64,000 nt of DNA from Octopus sinensis. Taxonomy: Eukaryota. The position numbers and the translations under genes are program-made. Location: NCBI RefSeq assembly GCF_006345805.1, contig NC_042997.1, positions 150,102,001 to 150,166,000 on the forward strand. Reading direction: 5' to 3'. Shown here piece after piece: positions 37,924-52,052 of the stretch (its first letter is position 1; every line of letters starts with the position of its first letter). Under the pieces are notes generated by a model that was not told the DNA's origin, did no database searches, and saw nothing but the letters and a program-made list of their open reading frames with translations.

Positions 37924-40414
37924 TACACAAACACATATATCTTTTTTCAAACGGATACTTGTCTACATACACTCACAATCATATTCGCCGGAAGACTCAG
38001 TAGCAGCGTAGTGAATCGTCAGCTAACTCGTTATAAATGTTAAGTCTACACCATGTATTAAATGTTCTTTCTTTCCGTTGCAATCTCCAACACACACGCA
38101 TATTAATGAATATATATACATGTATATACTCATACGCATACGAACACTTTGTGTAGGATTCCAATCTTTGCTTTTTTTGTTAGTTATCTTTTTAAACCGC
38201 TGCTCAACATAAATGAATGGCATGCACTTAAAACATGCGCGTGCGATTTTAACTGCAATTAATGCAAATCTTTTTTAAATTGGATTATTATAATTGATAA
38301 AAACAATCAAGAGTTTTGAGATGAGGGAATTTTGTGTAGTTTTTGTTATTTTATTAGTTATTTTAACCTACAGCTTACTTTTTGTGGACTTTTGTGTTTT
38401 CTGTTTTGTTTTTCTTTTGCATTTGAGAGACGTCGTCGTTGTTGATGTTCGTAATTATAGTTTATGTAACAATTATTTTCTTAACGATAGAATTAGTGCT
38501 TAGCTGATTATTATGATCCTACTGCTAGACGTATGATTGGCATGACTCCATGTATTTTATATTATCGATTGAATTCCAGAGACTAATGCTGGAATAAAGA
38601 GATAAATAAATGAAAGATAGAAAGAAAAAAAAATGAAGCACAACAGCAACAATAAATTAAGCAAATATTAAGAGGGAAAATGATGTAATTGGTGAGTGGG
38701 TGGGTGAGAGAAAGTCAATTAATGATGGATATGAAGCGCCACATCCCATACTTTTATATAATCAAAAGAATAATTTGACCCATTATTAACCAAAAGGTTA
38801 CCGAATGAAAAACAAAGAAAATATTCCCTCTCGCTTGATAGATCCAGGCATAGCTCCGCGAGTAAATAGTTTGCTTTGAAACCAAGCCGTCCCAGGTTCA
38901 CTTCTGATGTATAGAACCTCGGGTAAGTCTTTTTTCTTGTAAACTGTATTTCTCTTTACAAATTAGCGTGTGCAATAATTTACATATAGATACATATTAG
39001 CTAGTATATCTGAATATATCCGTGTGTATGTTTGCATATATATGGGGCGGAGGTATATATATGGGTGTATTTTGCGTTTATGATTACTTGTATGAACTAG
39101 TTTGAGATTGAGAGCAGATGGAAGAATGTAGCTCGAAAGTTGGGAGTGGATGAAACTACATGAACGCAGTTCAAAGTTTGCCTTAGGTATCAGTGGCGAG
39201 GTGGGGTTTGTGGGGTCCGAACAGAACCCGCCTTCCATTCCATCTGTAATGTCTTCCGATTTGTCCCATAATTCGTTTTTATATTTTATTGCATTAAATT
39301 TTTAAAGTCACCTTTTTGTTTCCTCATTCGATGTATCTGACCCCCAAATCAGATTATTGCCCCCTCTGTGTTGGCCCCTTTGGGCAATAAAGAAATTGGA
39401 TTAGTTTGATATGTTACGTCCCTTTGTTTCAAATTAATTTCATCGATTCGTAAACTAGAAACCGACATCAGTTTTATCTTGAGATAAAAATGACATGATA
39501 CATTAAAACATGTAGCTTGCATACTTTAATTCCTTGATCCCCTTTACTTGTAGTCACTTAGCCATCAATATCATTTGAGATATAAAGTTGCTATATATCT
39601 TTGTGTGTGTACTTATATAGCAGGTACACTTGAAATAATTTTGTTGTAATAATGATTACAAAATCCATCAATAATTTATATTTCTATAAATTGTTTGTGT
39701 ACGTGCTTAGTATTTCATTGTAATTTAGTGGTATTAACTTTTAGAGTCTTCACTTTCTGGAAGATACTGTATTATTTTATATTATATCATTTCGTACTTG
39801 TTTGTCCACTCATGTAGGAAACTTTTTAACATAATTTGTGCTACTAAACAGTATAACCACAAATATCTGAAAGACATAGTTATGCATTATTATTGTTTGT
39901 ATGTGTATGACAAGTACGAGGAGCAATCGTTTTAAAATTCTCAAAATTCTCAAGAACAGATCTAAGGAAAAGTTAACGAACATTTATGCACTACATGCGT
40001 TTAGCTTTGCACTTTGAGATGTGCGTGCGACGTTTCGGATAATAGACTTTTAACAGGAGAGAGAGAGAGAGAGAGAGGGGGTGGAGGGCGAGAGGAAGAG
40101 AGAAAGCGATTAATTTTGTAAGAAGTAGGTTGTTTTTATAAATGTTTGGTATGGTGGACATCCAATTTTCCTATACTGATGACACTGATATATGTGATTT
40201 GTTTTGTATTATCAATGTATCAGAGGAAAACAAAATGAAGAAAAAAAACTCATGGATGATACAAATTCAAGGATATACATTAAAATCATAAGTTCTCAAA
40301 AACTTTTACATTTTAATTATTCCAGTACTTCACAAAGTGCTGATAAACGTTTTTGTTTTTTCAATTTTGGGCATGGTGTAAAAAATTTGGCTTGGAGTGT
40401 AATCCACAGTATCG

Positions 40415-40730
40415 AACACAGCACTTGCTCGGTATTTATTTTATCGTCCTCGAGAGGATGAAATTCGACCGCAGAGGGATATAACTAAATACTATAAACC
40501 GTTTAGTTAAGCATTTCTATCATATGTTCGACAGCACATTCAGTGGGTGAAGGAGGCACGGCTGCTTTTGTCGGATCCGTTATTTAGTGTATTTATTATA
40601 TAGAGCGCAGAAGGATGAAAGGAGACATTCACTCTTGCGGGATTTAGAAATTAGAACATTAGCACATAAATGAACGTAACTAAATATGGTGAAGCATTTA
40701 GTCCGGCTTTCTAGCATTTCTGCTGTAAAA
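40415..40730 (-). mobile_element. Two highly decayed family B SINE remnants
   Basis: GGTATTTATTTTATCG...GGATGAAA and AAGCATTT motifs occur twice in the expected order. Confidence 0.45.
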
Positions 40731-41204
40731 TTTCTCATCACTAAGAGAGCGCTAATGATAATAAAATAAAATATGTGCACGAAGCGTGAAGAAGCTTCTC
40801 GATAAATACTGGTATGCGTCAAGCTAAATCCATGTAATACACGTGTACGCATACACAAGTTCGTGTTTATAACCTTTGTTAGAATATAGCGTTGTCAACT
40901 TTTATGTTAGAGCGTTATTTATTTGTTTCTGATACACTCTTATGATTGTACATCGTGACATTGTAATTGCATGTTTACACATAAATATCTGTATGATTGT
41001 GTGTGTGTGTGTGTGAGTGAGAGAAGAGAGAGAGAGAGTGTGTATATATGTATGTCAGATTGTAAGAGAGAGTACGTGTGCTCGGGCATGGGGCTGTTTG
41101 AGACTTTTCTAGCTTATATTTGTGAGTACATTTACTCATATACCAGATACATAAACAAACTTGATACGAATATATATCATGTGTCATGAACTTTTACTCA
41201 TCCC

Positions 41205-41240
<36 letters not shown>

Positions 41241-41448
41241 ACGGGAAGCTTTATGAAAATAAACAAAAGACGAAGGCAGGTGGAAAACAAACGAACAATT
41301 GTATTAGTATGGCGCTCAGGAAATATAAATAAAACAAGTCTTTAACGTTTCGAGCCTACGCTCTTCAACAGAAAGATACACAGAGAGAGAAAAACACAGA
41401 AAGAAGGAGAGAAAAAAAATGCGTGCAGTAGCTAACGAATCAACATGG
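41241..41448 (-). mobile_element. ~200-bp dispersed repeat inserted in (TA)n, carrying a hammerhead-like fold (Penelope-type)
   Basis: Its reverse complement aligns with 50151-50334. Both copies are bordered by TA-rich microsatellite. The motif lies at 41339-41376. Confidence 0.75.
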
Positions 41449-41578
41449 ATATATATATATAGTGATCTTACGCAGCTACGTGCGTGTGTGAGAAGGGAGA
41501 AGCGGTTCTTATAAAATTGGAAAATATACCAGATACAAAGAGACAAAAGTTTGCAAACAAGGTTTCACAATGTACATG

Positions 41579-41611
<33 letters not shown>

Positions 41612-42409
41612 CACACACACACACACCATGTTTCTAGATATAATAGTTAATATCGGAAAGTAAGTGATGTCACATAGGGTAAAACCGAATATAAACAGTT
41701 CATTTTTATGGGGGAGCAAATCAACGGCTGGCGTTTAATAGGAGATCAGCTTGGGACGTTTAAGAAAATCTTAAAATCCAATCTCATAGTGTGTTACATT
41801 CACGCCGGCTATTGGAAAAGACCAGCTCTGATCCAGTCACTGGGAGAAAAAGAAAAAAAAATGTGATTTGAACAGTGTAGCTTTGTTCAGGTTTATGAGC
41901 ATCATGCATCCCGCTGCAACAAATTTCGTGACTGACCCCTGACAAGTGACGAATAAGTTTTACTGCCGGTCATGATTAGGCTTGATTAGCCATTGCAAGA
42001 GTGCCGGCAATCGAGTGCATGATAGAAAGAGAAAGAAGATGAGCTTGACTACGTCACCATCATTGTCATCCCTGTGATCAACGTCCCGGCTGCCGTCGTC
42101 GTAGTTATCTCTCCTCCTCATTGCCATTAATTTTAAATACATGCGTATATACATACATTGTGCATATGTGTATATATGCGCATGCGGGCGTTCGTATCCG
42201 CATACGCAAAATTCTATGTTCGTCGAGCATACCTGTGTATGTAAGCTTATGTGTATTTCTATACTCATATATGTCTCCGCGTGTCGCATTCCACAAATAC
42301 ACATTAGCGTGTCTGTGCTTGCAGTCCTGTGTGTTGCACGTTTATGTGCACGGATGTTAGTATGTTCGTATTTACTTCTCTCCCCACTCTCTCTCTCTCT
42401 GTCACACTG

Positions 42410-42454
<45 letters not shown>

Positions 42455-42851
42455 GTGTGTATGAGTGTGTGTGCGTGTGTGTCTGTGTGGGTGTAAAAGA
42501 GAAATCAACATGGCGTTTGATAGGCAATAGGGATTATATGAGAGGGAAACTGCAATGCTATCGTTATAAAATGAAACATGATTTTGATAGGTCGACACGT
42601 CATGCGATAAACTATTATAGTTCATGGCTATAAATATTGACCAAATATAGCAATAAAGCATATTGCATTGCTATAGGGATATATTAAGTCAGTTTATCGA
42701 TAGGATTATGCAGGCTGAAACTCAGACGAACACAGACACACACACACATTTACAAGCGCATACATATTTACATACGCACATGCAAATACATACATAAATG
42801 ATACACATGGACGCAATCATAATTCTTTGTATGAGAATATCATATAATATC

Positions 42852-42884
<33 letters not shown>

Positions 42885-43124
42885 CGTATCTGTGTAGTGG
42901 TGGAGATATCTAAATACAGGTTATGAAGAAAATATGTATGAAGTATCCTCAACGGGAGGTTTTGCGACTTAAACTCACCTACGTAATAAAGTTAATTGAA
43001 AAACATTGATTGGCATAGAGATTAGTATGCAATACGTTCCTCTAAATCAGTTTAAAATGAATTAATAAGTGAAGAATTTAATAATATAGCAATTTTTTGA
43101 GTCAAGACATTTCTTTTATATATA

Positions 43125-43179
<55 letters not shown>

Positions 43180-44323
43180 TAACAGTAAAGGTATCCATTA
43201 CGGCTGTTTCTAACGATTCTTTTAATTGTTTAATGAAAACATTACATCATTTTAAAGAAATCGTTTTTGTCAGATGAATTCATAAACTTCAAAATAAAGG
43301 ACTTTCAGAATGATTTAACATAGTTTAAAATCCACATTTACGGTGAATTTTAAACTATGTAGAAAAAAAGACATTTACAGTGATTCTGCTATTATTTCCG
43401 TTTGCTATTTCTTCCAACAGAAATAATTGCAGAATCACTGTTAATGTCTTGCATTTTGTTGTGTGACTTGATTACCTTTCTCAACGTTGAGATCGATGTA
43501 ATGTCTAAATGTCCCGTGGCCTTGTCCCACTTAATTCATCGAATCTTCAAGTTCTTTGTTATTTTATAGATGTTCAATGCTGGGGGCATTGCTTTTAATA
43601 TTGAGCTCATTAATTATTTCAGTCTAATAAGTTTATTGATTATATTAGTCGAACGCTTACAAACATACAACCACTCAACGATACGCGCACAGACATACAC
43701 ACGTACATGTATTGATCAAAAATTGAATAATTTTCACTGCAAATCCATGAGGTTTTCGGATCGATACCTTTGCATGGTACATTGGATAAGTGCCTTAACC
43801 ATGACTACGATTCGTCTCAAAGATTTCTGAATGAAATTAAGTAGACGAAGTTGTCAGAAAGCCACTCTGTAGAGTGTCCTTGCAATTCAAAGGTTTACCC
43901 GTATCACGCTGATTCCAATTCACATTTAAAGGATAAGTCACGTTTGTGCAATGAATGAAACGTCTAGATCGCTCACACGTCGATATCGAAGATAGAATCA
44001 TAGATAGACTTATTTACAAACTCACACACACCGCCTCCCTGCTCTGTTCATTTCCCGCTCAAAGTAGATTTTGGTCTTCTATCCACCACTAAAGGTAATT
44101 TAAAATTTGGCGTGAGGTTAATAGTGATTATTGTTTCAAATAGAGACCTGAGGTGTTGAGGATGAATGTAGCCAGTAAAGTTGTCCCCAGTATTAGACAA
44201 AATTTGCACATTAATGACCCTGGAGGGATAAAAGGCAAAAGTAGCATCGGTTGGATTAGAACTCCGCTACAAATATCAGAACCTATTTTCTCCGAGGTTC
44301 TGATAATTCTGCACACTTACTGC

Positions 44324-44393
44324 CGCTGCTGCTGCTGCTGCTGATTATTATTATTATTATTATTATTACTATTATTATTATTATTATTATTAT

Positions 44394-44441
<48 letters not shown>
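44324..44441. repeat. (GCT)n(ATT)n(AGT)n compound microsatellite
   Basis: Directly visible. Confidence 0.95.
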
Positions 44442-44464
44442 AAGGTGGAGCAGCAATAATTATT

Positions 44465-44580
44465 TACTTAAGGCACAAGGCCAGGAAAATGAGAGTGTGG
44501 AATAATCGATAGTATCGACCCCAGTACTTGGCTGGTGTTTGATTTCATCAACCCCGGAAAATGAAAGGCAAACTTGACCG
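44465..44580 (-). mobile_element. SINE family B, 3' half
   Basis: AGGCACAAGGCCAG...ATCGACCCCAGTAC...ACCCCGGAAAATGAAAGGCAAA. Confidence 0.7.
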
Positions 44581-45263
44581 ATAATATTAATGATAATAAT
44601 AATGATGATGATGATGATGATGCTGATGATAATCTGGTCATAATGATGGCACGTCGAAATACATCTCTATCAGCCAATGTAAAAAAAAAAAAAAGAAAAA
44701 AGAAAAAGTAATTAAATAAAATAAAAGCAAGCAGTAAACGAGCCAAAGATAACGATAACTAAAACATGAACAGCAAAAGTAAAGAGAAAAGAGATGGTAC
44801 ATTAGCAATGACAAAATTACCATGAAGTAACAAACACTACAGCACTAACAACAAAAACATTATGAAGAATAAAAGAAATCTCTGGCATCGATAGTCAACC
44901 ATTAAGTGAATATTTATCATAATGCTGGGTAGCTGGCCATCATTCATACATTTAATGTGTCAATGGTTCACGGAGTACTGTATGGAAGCTGTTATCTCAT
45001 CTTCCTTACTTTCACGCTATGTCATTATCTATAACTTCCCCCAACCCACTTCTGTCATAAGCGTCTAGCTTTTTACTACTTGGCTCTAGCTGTCTACTTA
45101 TTACATCTGAATGAATATCTATGCGTATATATATATATAGTTATATATGTACTTATGTGAGTCCTATCTTTTTCTCTCCCTTTCTTTCTCTCTCTCTCTC
45201 ATATTTAACCTCATGTATTTATATATACTCATATATGCATAGACGTTTTTATACCCAATAATA

Positions 45264-45308
<45 letters not shown>

Positions 45309-46476
45309 GTGTGTATGCATATATGCATGTATATATGTATGTATATATATATATCTATATATAAATGTGTATGTATATATGTATATATATGTGTATGTAT
45401 ATATGCATATATATGTATGGAGATACGTGTGTGTGCGTGCGCATTACTTTGTTTCCTGTCTGTGTAACTGTTCTACTCACACTAAACACTTATACTGTTT
45501 CTGACATAAATTGCGAGTCTCATTCAGTTGCTCGTTATTTGCCTATTTGTATATATTTTGGTAGCATCCAGTCTTCTATCTTAATTTTCTCATTGTCATC
45601 GTATTCACCTTATAACCTTAATCGCCATTAAAAACGAGCCACCGAAAGACCTTCTACCTGGTTGTCCGACCTCCGAGAAATAGAGGCCAAGTTTGTGTCA
45701 AATAACATCCGATCGTTTTAAACATAAAAGAATACTTTGGATAATGACTTTCTAAATGAACTGTGGCTGCAAAAAAATGGCGAAGTTTCGACTGGAACGC
45801 CTATGATAACGTAATTTGGCTATTTGATAAATAAAATCGTCTGTTAGATAGTGTACTGACTCATACATAATGTCTGAAATTGAAACATTCACACACTCGT
45901 AGGCGCACATGCACACTCGCGTGTACTTACAGAGACATACATACTTAAACTTATTCATTTGATATACATATAGGAAGCGAAAATAATAATGATAATAATA
46001 ACGAAAACGTACCATATGTGCATACATATACAACTAGCATTCTATACGTTCATAACCACACACACACAGAAGCTTACCAGACGTTACTTATAGCAAATCG
46101 ACAGATGTAATTCCTCAAGTATTTTGAACGTTTCTCTCTCATTTGTGTCCAACCCCTGTTATATGCATTCACGCACGCATACACACAGACGCACACTTGT
46201 ATTCTATATATCAATCAATCATGCACACACAAACCTATACATATACACATACAAAATCTATGTATTGTATTTCCTTGTGTGTGTGTGCCACACAATAGGA
46301 GAGAAAAAAAAAGATATTTGAAGTAGAGAAAGAGGTAAATACATTTATTTTTGGGTATAGTGAAAAGGGATCCAATACGGGATTAAAAATGGTTATCGAT
46401 CGCTGAATATATAGACAGAAGCATGCATTTAAACACACACACACATGCCTACAAACACAGTTATGTAAATCTCTTC

Positions 46477-46516
<40 letters not shown>

Positions 46517-46718
46517 TGTCTCTCTCTCTCTATCTATCTTTCTCTTTCTCTTCAATATGATATGGACAGATTCTCTAAAACTGAGAACAGAATATAATAG
46601 AAAATGAGAAAACACAATTACATATGAAATATAATAAAAAGTATATGAAAAGGTAATATAGGCAGTGATTTGAAATAAAAGCTAGTTTCTATCATACATA
46701 TCATTCTAGTATAATGGG

Positions 46719-46784
<66 letters not shown>

Positions 46785-47717
46785 TGAGAGAGAAAGAGAT
46801 TTACACACCCACACATATTTCCACACAATACTTTATTTTTCTTTCTCTATTATTCTTTCTTTCTCTATCTTCCTCCCTCTCTCTCTCTCTCCATATATAT
46901 ATTTTTTTTTTCTCTGTATCACTGATGTGTGTGCGTGTGTGTATTAATGTAAATAGAAATAGAGAGGAAAATATGTAAGAAAGACAAGGAAAGTAGCAGA
47001 TTAAGAAGACTGAATAAGGGAGTTAGACTGAGAGTTGGAGAATGGAATTAATGTTTCATAGCTAGATGTATGTTATGAATGTGGGATTGAATAAGGTACG
47101 AAGCTATAGATTGAATAATCGAGCAAGTTATGAAATTGTATAAGAATCACCAGACAGAAAAATAATATTGAAAATGGAAAATGAAATATCTTGTATGTGT
47201 ATGTATCAATGTGTTTGACAGTGAGTGCTTTTTTGCGTATATAATATATAGTCATAGACGACTTTAGGGAACCGAACAGTGTAATTTGCACACATATCGG
47301 TGTCAACGAAGCAAGTACAAAAGTGAGTGCTTACCCTTTTACTTTATATATTAAATTTCGGATATATAATCGCTTCGAACATGAGAAAATGAAAACTAAG
47401 CTTAGCTCTAATTTCTACAGATAGATTGCGATGTAAGGAGAGGTTCATGTGGGGATTGGTTGTATTAAACCTGCCGAAGAAGTCTCGTAGGTCACTCCTG
47501 CTTTGCCGTTGTTCGGCTTCTGTATTTTAATAACTGCTTTTTTTATTGTTAATATTCAACATCTAATTCTGTGTATGTGGTGATGACTGTGGTGTGCTCG
47601 TCAGGTATTTTTCAACATTAGAATCCTTTATATGAATATATATATTCAAATGACACCGATATAAAATATGTGACATTTAGTACAGTAAAGTGACCTATAT
47701 ATGCTTTCCAATATTTT

Positions 47718-47936
47718 TGAAAGGAGGTGTTGTAAATTCCTTGGCTTTAAGGGTATCGCGAAAAGCCTGGCTGGAGGCCCAACCTTCCAAGTTCTTTTAC
47801 AGGGCTTAGAAATACTGAAGACCCGCTGCAATAAGTTAGTGAACCTAAGAGGGGAATATCTCGAATAAAATCATAATTAACTGAACCTCCACTGTGTTCT
47901 CATTTACCCAAAGCCAGGGTAAATGCATACCGCCGA
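47718..47936 (+). mobile_element. Mariner-derived MITE (~220 bp) retaining the transposase C-terminal tip
   Basis: Degenerate TIRs GGAGGTGTTGTAAATTCCTTGGCTTT and AAAGCCAGGGTAAATGCATACCGCC. 47765-47868 reads AWLEAQPSKFF/GLEILKTRCNKLVNLRGEYLE* (one frameshift), resembling the typical mariner C-terminus. Confidence 0.75.
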
Positions 47937-49648
47937 AGAACAGGAGCTGATTACGAAGGAGGTATTTCCACATTGAGGCTCAGATAGCTGTGTAACCACT
48001 CACGCCTCTCGAAACAGCTGACGGATTGGAAGAGTGATCGTATCATCAATGTACTGCAGCCTTTCAAAGAAAATGTCCGGCTACAGGACGCTTTAAACAT
48101 TCTTTGAGGTTTATCACCAATCTTGCATCGGTGGAAAAAAGCAGGGTAGCCGTTATCGGTTCGCTACTTCGCTACTTTTGCAACTGTCTGGTTTCTTCAG
48201 TTGTAGCTACTGCTTCACTGAATTTGTTAGTACCGACTCTTCTGAATATTTCGTGGGAAAAGTATTGAACAGATAGCAGTCTTGCGTCATTGACGTTAGA
48301 GGAAAATGCGTTCTGTAGGATAATGCTAGAAAGTTGAGCAAGAAGTCATTAGTGGTACCCGCTAATGGACGTTCCACTATTGTTATACACTGGGCAGTCT
48401 TTGTCGACCGGCTGTGTGTAAACACAGGATGTTGTATAACTGGCCAGCCGAACGACATTCGATACCTCTTACTTGCCATCAACGAGTCGAGCTGATGTGT
48501 GAAAGCTCAAGTAGAAGTTAATACAGGTGAATTCATTTCGTATATCAGTGCCCTTTACAACAGCTCATAGAATTGATCTGTAATGCTAGAACAGAACCCA
48601 ATTTGTAGCTTTCTGTGAGAGTTAATATTAACAAATTACCTTCCAGTCCTATTCAGTAAGAGATCGAGCAGAAATGCATATGTATGTGATAAGAGTACCT
48701 CGATTAGAAGTGAATATGGCTATGCATCTCTTGGAATATTTCATTTATATTATTTGTGTTATGTCGCATGTTCGGATGCCTCTACTACTCAACGCTACTC
48801 TGCTCGACTACTCTACTCTTCTCTGTTCTCTGACGACGTCTAGACCTCTCACTCTATATCTACGTATTGGGGTAGCCTACTTCATCGTCTAGGAGCGTTC
48901 ACACAACAGTTTGGTTTTCCAAAATATGGGAATATTATCGTAGTAACAGCGTTCGCAAATTACACATCTGTGATATGGAACTTTATAATATAAACTGTTC
49001 TTCAGCCAGAAAACTTATCAGAAAGTGCTGTACCTACGATAAAAAAAAAAGCACAGGCGCTAAATTCTACATCCGAGCATTCAAAAAATTATTAAAATTT
49101 GGAGACCGGGGTCAACACCGGACAAATGCTAAGCAAAATTAATACGGCTAATTTAACTCCGTTCCTCAGCAGTTTCATAACCATTATAGTCGCACTTATT
49201 TACGCGAAGCAGAGGTAAAATCAGTGCAATTGTTCACTTGGAGCAGACATTTTTCTAAGTTCAAATAATGTAACATAAGAAAAAAACTGAATCGTATTTG
49301 TTTTGGTCTTATCTTCCGTCCTTTGTTTCTAAACTTGAATTGTAATGGTTTTTGCATAACATTTAATACTATTTCAAATTTCTTTGTATAAATAAATGAT
49401 ACTCTACTAATATAAATATATATAAACATACATGTATGTGTGTATGAGTTTGGGCGTCTGCGTGTATGCGTGTGATGGGGGAGAAACAAAAGGAGAGAAT
49501 GTTTTAAAAAAATAAGGACGTTTCAAGTCGATATGCATTCCAGGCTTTAAACACACCGCAGTGATTTACTTCATTCCAAACATTCTTGCATTCTACCCTA
49601 CCCGTCCCAAACTAGCTTTCCTTGGGTCTCTCTCCCTTTCTTTACTCA

Positions 49649-49654
<6 letters not shown>

Positions 49655-49705
<51 letters not shown>

Positions 49706-49948
49706 TGAAAGTTGAGATGTACTCTTGAGATTATGAGAGTCATATTGACGCACACATGCACTCACACTTAGTAGACACACACGTGTGTGTGTGTGCGTGT
49801 ATCATATATATATATATGCATATATATATATATACGTGTATATAAATTTATATATAAATATCTATCTATGTCTATATATATATAAATATATATCTGTCTA
49901 TATATATACTACTAATATAGGATGAAGCTTTACAGAAAAAGAAATTTC

Positions 49949-50006
<58 letters not shown>

Positions 50007-50065
50007 CTATCTAACTATCTATCTATCTAGCTATCTATCTCCCTCTCTCTCTGTCTGTCTCTCTG

Positions 50066-50131
<66 letters not shown>

Positions 50132-50150
50132 ATATTATATATTATATATT
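49655..50150. repeat. (TA)n(GA)n...(TATC)n(CT)n(TA)n compound microsatellite block
   Basis: Directly visible. Confidence 0.93.
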
Positions 50151-50334
50151 CGCCATGATAGATCGCTAGCCACTACACATTTTTTCTCCTTGTTTCTTTT
50201 TGTGTTCCTTACTGTGGAAGAGCGTAGGCTGCAAACGTTAAAGACTTTTTCACTCCCCTAATGGTATACTAATATATCTGTTAGTTGCCTACACCACCTG
50301 TCTTCGTCTTTTGTTTTTTTTTGTGAATTCTCCC
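50151..50334 (+). mobile_element. Second copy of the TA-flanked hammerhead-like repeat
   Basis: CCATGATAGATCGCTAGC...CTGTGGAAGAGCGTAGGCTGCAAACGTTAAAGAC...CCACCTGTCTTCGTCTTTTGTTT is colinear with 41241-41448 (minus). Confidence 0.75.
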
Positions 50335-50349
50335 TATACACTCACACAA

Positions 50350-50388
<39 letters not shown>

Positions 50389-50390
50389 TT

Positions 50391-50421
<31 letters not shown>

Positions 50422-51722
50422 TATATATATGTATATGTATGTGTGTGTGTGTGTGTGTGTCTATATACATATATCTATCTGTCTATATATATATTCATCT
50501 CTCTCTCTCTCTCTCTCTGTATGTATATATATATATATATATATATTCGTGTTACTGCACTGCACTGCACTCACAAGCACATATAATCATATTTATATAT
50601 TATGAGATTATCTCTTTTCAGCAACATTCCAATCTATACTTAGCCGAACATTTATATTACAAATGATGGCATCAAATAGTTCATCGGAACACACACACAC
50701 ACACACACATGCTATGATAATGACATCTATCTCCAACATATATAAATATATGTATTCTGATACTCCTCCAATAAATAACTATAATACAGATGATTCTAAT
50801 ACAAATGATCTTATTTAAGAAGAGTGATGGGTGTCGAACTTTGTAGTTATAAGCATATATTTGCGAGAGTATATGAGTCTGCAAATGTATGTGTGCCGTG
50901 ACAGTGTATGTCTGTCTGTGTGTATATGTCACACTAATACTGTTCTCTGAAAGACTTTTTTTTTTTGTTTCGAAAATATAAGAGTTTAAAATGCAATATA
51001 TCTGGGCTACAGGCCTGTAATATCTTATACATTCTGTTCTAACCATCCGTCTTTCTTTTGCGCCTACTGTTCATGAGACGGTCATAGGAGTAGTCTTCAG
51101 GTATCTCCTCCATTTGGACTTATGAGAAGCAACTGTAATCCTGCTGTAATTAGACTTTCCAGCAGGATGTCCAAGAGAGACCAATAGGGAAAATAAGGAT
51201 ATTTTGAAACCATATCGTACTACTTCCACCGTTAGGTCTCCTGTTGAGTGGCTCAGCTTGAAGATTCCGACTTGCGATCCTCTCCTGCAACATTGTTAAT
51301 TACATGTCTGTACTGTAGTATTGGACCTGTAACCTCCCAATATGGAGAAGTAGTAGTTTGACCTGGAGAGAATCCCAGATCACCGCGTAGCACACCAGAG
51401 ATCCTTCCGATATACATTATTTATACACAGAGATATCCACATTTCACGTCCCCCATACACACGTGTGCATATGCATGTATATATATATATATATATATAT
51501 ATACTTTCTACCCACGAACAATGACGAGATTTATTTCTGCTCTCCTTTAGTAAATTTTGAAGGGTTTAATACAAGTATGATATAATTTTCTACTTTCAGG
51601 TATTCTTGCTACTTTTAACTCCATTCACTCTCATCCATTGCTCTATCTGGGTCAGACACATATATCAGATCATTTTCTTTCTCTGCTACCGGTCTCTCTT
51701 AGCTCATTTATTTTTCTAATCA

Positions 51723-51794
<72 letters not shown>

Positions 51795-51855
51795 ATCACA
51801 TTGTGTGTGTATATATATATAGTCTCATTGTGTGTGTGTACATATATATATATAT

Positions 51856-52052
51856 ATTTGTGTATCTGCGTTTGTCTCCCTACCATCGCTTGACAACCGA
51901 TGTTGGAGTGTTAACGTCCCGGAAAATTAGCGGTTCTGCCAAAGAAAGCGATAGAATAAGTACTAGGCTTACAAAGAATGTCCTGGGATCGATTTGTTCG
52001 ACTGAAGGCGGCGTTCTAGCATGTCCACAGTCAAAATGACTGACACAAATAA
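51856..52052 (+). mobile_element. SINE family A, 3' half
   Basis: CATCGCTTGACAACCGATG...GATAGAATAAGTACTAGGCTTACAAAGAAT...CACAGTCAAAATGACTGA. Confidence 0.85.
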
